From a virus (lineage: Duplodnaviria; Caudoviricetes), in IMG/VR virus record IMGVR_UViG_3300028591_000087, positions 32,001-96,000 of that record: a stretch of DNA of 64,000 bases, one strand, 5' to 3'. Shown here in pieces: positions 55,461 to 64,000 of this stretch. The notes below the pieces were generated by a model that was not told the DNA's origin, did not search any database, and was given only the letters and a program-made list of their open reading frames with translations. How positions within the stretch are numbered: the first letter of the stretch is position 1; every line of letters begins with the position of its first letter. The position numbers and the translations under genes were made by a program.

Positions 55461-55847
55461 ATGGAACTTAATTTTAGTAAAATTACAGGTTTAAATGAAG
55501 CTTTAATGGCATTGAAAGATAAACAACTTCCATTTAAGCTCAGTCTTATTATTGCAAAAGATCTTGCTCTTCTTGCAAAAGAGATCGAATTTTATATCGA
55601 ACAAGAGCGTGAATTTGCAAACAAGTATCTTCAGAAAGACCCTGAGACAGGAATGTTTATTCAGGAATCTGAAGGCGTCTTCAAGATTATTGAAGGTAAA
55701 GAAGAAGAGTGCAATGAAGCTCGTAAAACTCTCGATGCATTCACAACTGAGGTAGATCTTCGTACAATTCCAGTAAGTTTGATTGAAAATCTCGAACTTA
55801 CACCAGCACAAGTGGGGGCTTTAGAAATTATTATTGAGGAGGAATAA
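55461..55847 (+). CDS. Hypothetical tail-associated protein
   Basis: AAGGAG RBS, intact ORF without TAG. Confidence 0.65.
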   Translation: MELNFSKITGLNEALMALKDKQLPFKLSLIIAKDLALLAKEIEFYIEQEREFANKYLQKDPETGMFIQESEGVFKIIEGKEEECNEARKTLDAFTTEVDLRTIPVSLIENLELTPAQVGALEIIIEEE

Positions 55848-55849
55848 TC

Positions 55850-58800
55850 GTGGCTTTATCTCCTACAAAATTGCCACCACCAAGTGTTTCTGGTACTATT
55901 CCTCCATTTTATGAAGATACAATCAAAGGGACTGTCAAATTGACAGTCCCTTTTACGATGAATCGTACCGTAAGCACATTGGAAGTTGGTGGTTTTTAGC
56001 TTCGTATAAAAGATGCTAATACAAATGCCTCATTGGGCAATATAACCACATATAATTGGAATAATGATATTAATAGTCCAGAAGTAGTATTTGATTTAGG
56101 CAATGCAAGTTCTAAGACAAGTATTGCTGGAAAATTAAATGTTGGATATTATTATAAAATATAGATTGCATATATTGATTCTTCAATGCTTCATCACGCA
56201 GGATATTTTTCAACTATTTGTATTGTTAAATTTACAAATAAACCAAAAGTATATCTCGCGCACTTGAATCGCTATATGACTAATACAGATGTAATTGATT
56301 ATACTGGAGTATATAGTAATTCAGATACAAGTGAAAAAGCATATCAATATATGTTTACATTGCGTGATTCTAATGGAACTATTCTTGAAAATTCTGGCTG
56401 GCTAACTCATAACTCTAACACTGACACTGAGCAAGGTCAATCTCAAGACTTATATACTTTAATGCACGCAATTACTCCAGATGATAAATATACTATGCAA
56501 TATAGTGTATTAACAACAAATAAACTTCGTATTGATAGTCCACGCTATCAAATAGTTGGTTCAACATCTATTCTTCCTGAATTAGATGCTTTCTTAATCG
56601 CCGATCCTGATTATGAAAATGGATGTATAAATCTTACACTACAACCCAAATCTATGGGTCGTGATAAAACAACAGGCGAAAAATTAGTTGCTAAATTAAG
56701 TGGATCATTTGTTTTAACAAGATCTTCTTCAGAAGAAAATTTTGCAATTTGGACTCGTTTATATGCGTTTACCCTTACCGGCAGATTGCCGGATGGTGCT
56801 TTATTCACTGATCATACTATTGAACAAGGTCAAACATATAAGTATGCTATTCAATAGTATAATGAACATGGAATATTCTCAAGTCGTATTTATGCTTCAT
56901 ATAGAGAATATGATGAGTTCGGTGATTTAGTACCAAGTGAGAAAACAGAAATAGTTGCTACATTTGAAGATATGTTCTTATATGATGGAGAGAAACAATT
57001 ACGTATTCGCTTTAATCCTAAAGTATCTTCTTTTAAAACAACATTATCTGAAAGTAAGAAAACAACAATAGGAAGTAAATATCCGTTCTTCTTTAGAAAT
57101 GGTATTACACAATTTAAAGAATTTCCAATCTCTGGTTTAATTTCATACATGATCGATGATAATGAATATTTCTTAGATCGAGTTAATGATCTTAATATGC
57201 CAATAGACTGGACAGATATAACTGATATAACAGATGAAAACTTAACATATGAACGTAAGTTTAAGTTAGCTGTATTAGATTGGTTAAATGATGGTTAGAT
57301 TAAACTATTTAGATCACCTGGTGAGGGCAATTATCTTGTGCGGTTAATGAATGTTTAGCTTACACCAAATGATTCACTTTCCCGCATGATCCATACCTTT
57401 CAATGCCAAGCGACAGAAGTAGATGATTGTAACGCATCTAACTTATCTAAATATGGATTCTTAAAAGCTGATCCAACAATACCAATGTAGTTACGTTTTG
57501 GTACTATTGTTTTAGATGAGTTTATTGAAGAGATAATTGAAAAGATTACTCATCAAAGACGCAATAACAGTGATGAATATTATACAGTAGCTGATGCTTT
57601 GGAAATGGTTAAAACTCAAGACCTATTGAATGGTTGGGCATGTCAATATTTAAAAATAGAAGAATGCTGGCCGCATACAGAGTTTGAACTTGATGGCAAT
57701 AATTTTTATATTGGATCTACTGGTCAATATGAAGCGTCATTTACTGATAAGCCATATGGACTTTATTTAAAGAATCCTCGTCGGCACATGCAAGGTATCA
57801 TTACCTATGGTGTACTTACTTCTGTCAATAATCAATTTGATACAGTCGTAAGTTTAACTCAGTCTGATGTATTTCAATTTTTAGATTATCAAGGTGGATC
57901 TAATTTTATTGAAGAGAATACATTCCAGAAATCACGTATTAACAAGATTTACTTTATGCACTTTTATCTTAATGATTTAATTTATGACTTTGAATCTCTT
58001 GAGCATTTTTAGAATATGTATGGCATGTATATGCAGATTTAGCATGAAGAAAACATTGGTGATGAGACAGATCAAAATGGTATATTAATTTGTCATTTAA
58101 GAGGCGTTGAACCAATTTCTGAAGAATATCATTATTTAGATGAATATTATCATAAAGTATATAATGAACAAACTAATACGTTTTATTATGAATATATTCA
58201 ACGTGGCGCGGGAGATCTTTATGTAGATAATACATTAATTCGCATGGCGAATGGTGATATTTATAGATATACTTTAAAGAGTGATTTTGATTATTATGCG
58301 CCTGACCCATTACACGGTGGCGGTTATTATACTAATGCAGAACATTTTGGTATCGCTGGTATTATGACAAAACTTGAAATTGATGAAGAAGGCGTAGCAC
58401 CAAGTCAAGTTATTATTGATAATGATGTAATTGATATTTCACTAACAAAAGATGCTTATCTTCCAATGACTGAAAAAATCCCAGAAGTTGTTCGTTGGGG
58501 TGAAGCAGTTCGTGCGGAAATCTGCTACCAGAGACTTACTATTGATTATGGTCCAGAGTTTAACGAAAAAGTCATTGTTGGTAAATCATATTCAATGAAA
58601 GATCTCTATGATTATATAGATGAATTACATAAATATTATGATGCGTCTATTTTAAGATATGATAGATGGCCTGGTAATATTAATATTATTAACTTAGTTA
58701 GAAACTTAAATAGTGATCCAAATATGACATTCTATGTTTGGAAGCCTTGGGATAGATTCTATCGCTTAGAAGATGAAGAACGTTTATCTTTTACTGGCGA

Positions 58801-59047
58801 AGAAGTATGGATTCCATGCACTGGATGGAAATTTGATGCGAACGATGAGTGGGAATATGCTGATGGAGAAATAATTTCTGGCGCGAGTTATTATGTACCT
58901 ACTAATCCAGTGGTTGATTATAACTCTGTGGAACAGCCAACAGACGGTCCTGGAAATTATTATCCACATGCAATTCGGCAATATGACCAACAATTAATTG
59001 AGAAACTTGCGGAAGAGGAGAGGGAGTTGAACTTAGATGGCAACTGA
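55850..59047 (+). CDS. Tail/baseplate protein with FN3/Ig-like domains (~1,065 aa, TAG-recoded)
   Basis: Co-frame fragments; DHTIEQGQTYKYAIQ FN3-like motif; TIGSKYPFFFRNG. Confidence 0.6.
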
Positions 59048-61835
59048 TGCTTTACTTGATAAAGATTTTTTACAGAAGCTTGACGCTAATCGGCATAAGA
59101 CTCTCTATGCAAAAATTATTTCCTTGAACTTTGATGAAGATCCAATAGCAGAAATTACTGGCAATATTACTGGTGGTAGTATCAATGTTGATGGGTCTTC
59201 ATCTGTCCGCCGGTCATGTTCTCTCACTCTTGTTACAAATAGCGTTCGTATTAATGAAGTTGATTGGACTTTGCGCACAAAGTTTAGAGCTATGATTGGC
59301 GTGTAGAACACAGTTGATCCAAATTATGATGATGTTATTTGGTTCCCACAAGGAACATTTGTAATTACTTCATTTAGTTCTACATTAAATGATAAAGGAT
59401 ATACAATTAATATATCTGGTAAAGATAAGATGTGTTTACTTAATGGCGAAGTGGGCGGTTAGTTATTTGCGGCGCATGAATTCAGTACGATATATACTGA
59501 ACAAAAGGATGGTACGATAACTAAAACAAAAATACCTATTTCTACTATTGTGCGCGAAGCTGTTCATACCTATGGACAAGAACCATACTTTAATATTATT
59601 ATTAATGATTTAGAATCTTGCGGCGTTGAATTAATTGATTATATTGGCGACGATGCTAAGATGTATATTTTTGAACTCAAAGCACAAGATACAATGGACC
59701 CATATACACAACAGATTACATTTGAAGGGTCTTATATTGCTGATCTTTGGGATGCAGAGATAGAAGCTCATAATGGTTTAAAGCAAGATATTTATATGAC
59801 TATTGGTGATAGTGAAACTGGCTATTATGAATATCATTTATTAAAATGTATTGATCCGAATGAAGATCCTGATACTACCGCAGGTTATCGGGCAACAGAT
59901 CTTATTTATCCAAATGATTTAATTGTTAACATTGGTGGTAATATAACTTAGATGTTAGATGAGATTATTAAGATGCTTGGTGAGTTTGAATATTTTTATG
60001 ATGTAAATGGTAGATTTATTTTTCAACGTAAAAAGATTTATTATAATTCATCCTGGAATAATGCAATTACTTATGAGAATCAAACATATTATGATTCTGT
60101 AGCTAATAGTTCAGCAAGTGTTTATAATTTTCAATCTGGTTATTTAGTAAACTCATTCTAGAATAAACCAAATATCGGTGCAATTCGTAATGACTATTCA
60201 GTATGGGGTAAGCGCACAAGTGCGTCCGGTGATGAACTTCCTATTCATTTGCGCGAAGCCTTTGATGTGCGACCAACAATATATTACAGCCTATTGGATA
60301 GAAAAACTTATATGGCAGATTTTTATAGCTTTAAAGCTATTTCTGGATATAAGAAAGATGATTCTGGCAATTATATATATGACTCTATTGGTTAGCCGAT
60401 TCCAGAGTATACAATTGTATCTGGTAATTATGACTGGCGTGAATTGATTTATCAAATGGCGCGAGATAATCTCGCAGCCGATACAAAGATTAAAGCATTT
60501 AATTATGCGCTTCAAGAAAAATTTTATCATTATTCTGAATATAAAATGGATAAACAATAGGATTATTTACATTATTATAAATTTAATACTGTAACCGAAA
60601 AGTTTGAAGCATTAAAAGAACAAGATAAATCAGGACTTGAAGAAGAAGAATATGAAGCTCAACCAGGTTTGGCTGCTTATGAAGAGTGTAAAGAAAATGG
60701 TGTATATTTATTTGGTCCAGATATGTCAATGGCAGAATGGTATATAACTGATTCTACTATTGAACAATTGGAAAATGATATACGTTTTGGTGTATATTAT
60801 ATTTATGATGAACAACATGATACTTACGAAAAAGTTACGAAATATGATAAAGTAATTGAAGACTATGTGTATGGTGTAAATGATTATTAGACTTAGTTCT
60901 TAAATATATATTATTCCGCAGATTACACAATAGAACAAAAGCAAGTATTACTTAATGATCTATTAGAATTAAAAGAAAGAGAACAAGATCTATTAGATTA
61001 TTATAATCGTAATAATGTTATTGATGATCTATTGCATGAAATTGATGCATGGTCAAAGACGTTCAATACTGGTTATGATGCTTATTATGCGGATATGCTT
61101 TAGTTCTGGCCTTATATGTATAGAACTACAAATGTAATTCAATTTGTATATGATGAAGATGGCAATATTTCGCTTGATGATAATGGTGATCCAATTTATT
61201 CTTCATCAAGCATTCCGTCAAAGAAATGGAAAAAATGGTGTGACAATGGATATTGGAATCCTGATTTGATTTATTGGAATCCTCAAACAAGAGAGATTAC
61301 ATTTAAAAATCCTGAATTGTTATATTTTTGGATTGAATTTATTGAACAAGATACCGATCCATCTTTATGGGAGTACTCAGTCCCTGTCATCGGAAGACGG
61401 TCAAAATCAATTAATGATGATAAGGTAAAAGCTATCTATTTTAGAGAGACGCCTAATATTTTATTCGTAAGTTCTGATTGGGATGAAGTAAAAGGGTCTG
61501 AATATTTAGGATATGAAAGCATTACAACAGATCAAACTTGTATTGCTCATATTAACTTAGTACCACCAATATCTAATTATTTTCGCATTAGTCAATAGGG
61601 CAAGAGTGCAAAGGAAGTAATAGATGGTTTGATTTATGATGGTACTTATTATAAAGAATCTATTACTTTAAGTTGTATACCTATATATTATTTTGAACCT
61701 AACACGCGCATAACTGTTTAGGATGATATGACAGGTATTAACGGTGAATATCTTATTAAATCATTTTCTATTCCACTCGCTCACGATGGGTTCATGTCCA
61801 TTCAAGCGACGCGTGTTGTTGATAGAATAGATTAA
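59037..61835 (+). CDS. Baseplate hub/tail protein, DUF5048-like (~932 aa, TAG-recoded)
   Basis: ITGGSINVDGSSSVRRSCSLTL, GKDKMCLLNG, EYFYDVNGRFIFQ, PIYYFEPNTRI. Confidence 0.65.
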
Positions 61836-61849
61836 GGAGGAAACGGAGA

Positions 61850-62182
61850 ATGGCGAAGAGAATTGGTTAGATTCGTTATTTCGGTGAGAAAGATAAACAA
61901 AATTATCCGGCAACGATTAATGCAACTCGCTTGCGCACCGGGGCAGCCTTTACTTCTGTATACCCTATTGTTCAATTAGGTATACAAACTATGCCGGGCA
62001 CAAAGTTCTATGTAAATAACCATACAACTCCTGTCGTAGTTGGAGCTACTGGTATTTACGAATTGGACGTTGATGGTTTATCTAATATTACTGATATTCA
62101 ATTTGATGATAAATCTTTATAGATGATAAATGGTAATGCGAATGCATATATTATAATCGACTATATTTATGAAACGGAGTGA
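61850..62182 (+). CDS. Small tail-region protein (2 TAG)
   Basis: QLGIQTMPGTKFYVN...GATGIYELD; RBS; TGA at 62180. Confidence 0.6.
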
Positions 62183-62187
62183 GCTAA

Positions 62188-64000
62188 ATGGGATTTTATG
62201 GTAAGATAGCTAACTCCAATAAGACAGCTTTTAGTTTTGATATAACTTATTAGACCAGACAATACATGGATGAAATGGCTCAATCCGATGGTGTCTTTAT
62301 TGGTCGTTATGTTTTGATTGAATATGATGAACCACCTATCACAGGTTATTTTAATGGTACTGATTTCTATACAACTCCTACATTTAATTCGGCAGTTGTA
62401 GAAACAAAAATCGAACCTCGTGAAGGTGTTGTTTATCAAGATTTAATGAAATATAATAGTGTTGCTTCTTTCTATCGTTGGGATGGCGAGAGATATGTAG
62501 CGCTTGATGTTTCAACTGGATACGCAGCTTGCTTTAATACAGACGTTATTCGCTATGGACGTGGTTATGATTCTACTGCTTGGATGAAAACATGGGATAC
62601 TACAAATCAGCGGTATCGCTATGTAATGGTAGCAGAATTAAATACTATTGTTCCTACTTTTAGTATTATTGCGGACTAGCCTGGTGATGCACCAACCGCG
62701 CCTTATTTTGATAGAGATTCTAGCAATGTAAATTATTTCTTACACGTACAAAGTGCTTGGCAATCAAGTATTCGTTAGGCTAATCCGCAAGGGCGTTTAG
62801 GAGATAATGACAGAATTATTCCTTCAAAAGACGCTTTTGATGTATCTGATGAAAATGTTTCATTTACAAAAATTAATTGGAGTAGTGACGTAAACTTAAA
62901 TCAGCAATTCTATGCTATTGAAGAGTACAATACTCCTGGTGATATTTTCTATAATAAAGCTGGTTTCCAAAAAGAACAACGCAACTTTTATACTTTAGCT
63001 ATTGATCCAGATCGTCCAAACGATCCTACTGATGGTAAGATGATTAATACTATCAACTATGATTTAAATCGTAGTGGTAGACGTTATGGCGCGGGCTTAA
63101 ACGCAAGTGGTACTGCGTGGACTTCTGGTAAAACTGCTGATGATATGATGTAGTGGTATATTCATTTACCGATTCTTGGTAATTCTATTTGTACTCTTTG
63201 GGATACATTATATGGATATGATACTCAAACTAATTCAAGATATACTCGTTTAGGATCTCAGCGTAGTGATCCGGATTCTAAAGTAAGTTATAATACCGCT
63301 TCAGCTATTGGTTGTATTAATAGAATCCGTGATATGCTTGGTTGGGGTATCCAACAATTAGATCAGCAAACAACTATTGGAACTACTACTTTAAATAGTG
63401 CTGATGCAGATAAACTTTATTATACTTTAACCAGTGAAGGTTTAGAAAAAGAAGAAGAAATTGTGGATAAGTATTATTACTATGCTTATTATCCTCTTTG
63501 GGTTGAAGTATTTTATGATAGTGTAAATAATGAATGGTACTATAATACAGAAGAAGAAGGTCGTGTTGTAATTGAAACATCCGATCATCATCCTGATTAT
63601 TATAGATTATATTATTTAGATCCTAAAGACCATATTTATAAGCATGTACAAGGTACATTATATCAAAGTCAATTGACTGATGGCACACCAATGCCAGCTT
63701 ATTATCAGCATTATTATACTCCACAACCTCAATGGATTTTGACTGAATTAGAAGCTCCAGATGAAGATTCATTATATGGGTTAATTTTACGTTTGCATCA
63801 ATTGATTGGAACTAATGCTGAAACTGAACGCAATCCAGAATCTTTGTGGGGAGTTATCAATATTATGAATGACACAATCAAGAATATTGGTAAACAACTC
63901 GCACCACAAAGAATTTTAGCTACTGACCAAGGTGGTCAGATTATTACAACTAATACTGAGTTCCCATTTGCGGCCACTCGCACAACAGTAACAGATAAAA
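62188..64000 (+). CDS. Tail fibre/baseplate protein, 3' truncated by the window (TAG-recoded)
   Basis: MGFYGKI start, DGVFIGRYVL, GRGYDSTAW; frame stays open apart from TAG. Confidence 0.6.

Noticed and set aside
20683-64000. Fragmented late genes as pseudogenes of a decayed prophage
   Set aside because: The breaks I checked are all TAG, frames are preserved without frameshifts, and genes end at TAA/TGA beside the next RBS.
1-64000. Suppressor tRNA, release factor, integrase or lysis genes
   Set aside because: None was recognisable by eye in this window; tRNAscan-SE and HMM searches on the full genome are needed.

Overview
A 64-kb segment of a large tailed dsDNA phage with siphovirus-type morphogenesis genes. 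Near-consensus sigmaA promoters and strong AAGGAGG RBSs suggest a Firmicutes/Clostridia host (inference). There are three zones. (1) 1-2.7 kb, AT-rich: a double winged-helix, Rep-like gene visible only if TAG is read through, flanked by 21-22-bp TGTACA iteron-like repeats, plus nearby heptad repeats. (2) About 2.7-18.1 kb, visibly more GC-rich: about 35 small minus-strand genes behind roughly 28 near-consensus sigmaA promoters, with several paralog families. It is divided into ~1-kb modules by 17 same-orientation hairpins whose geometry is fixed but whose arm sequences vary and covary. Spacers carry different protein-binding-like motifs, structured leaders and candidate sRNAs. This punctuated cassette array is the most unusual structure in the window. 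(3) About 20.7-64 kb, AT-rich, plus strand: terminase, portal, protease/scaffold, capsid, neck, tail tube, a ~3,760-aa tape measure and large tail/baseplate genes. The standard-code ORF track shows these as fragments, but the fragments lie in one frame and break at TAG, so TAG is recoded, most likely to Gln (genetic code 15). No tRNA, CRISPR array, integrase or lysis gene was recognised. All product calls come from motifs and synteny read by eye, not database searches.
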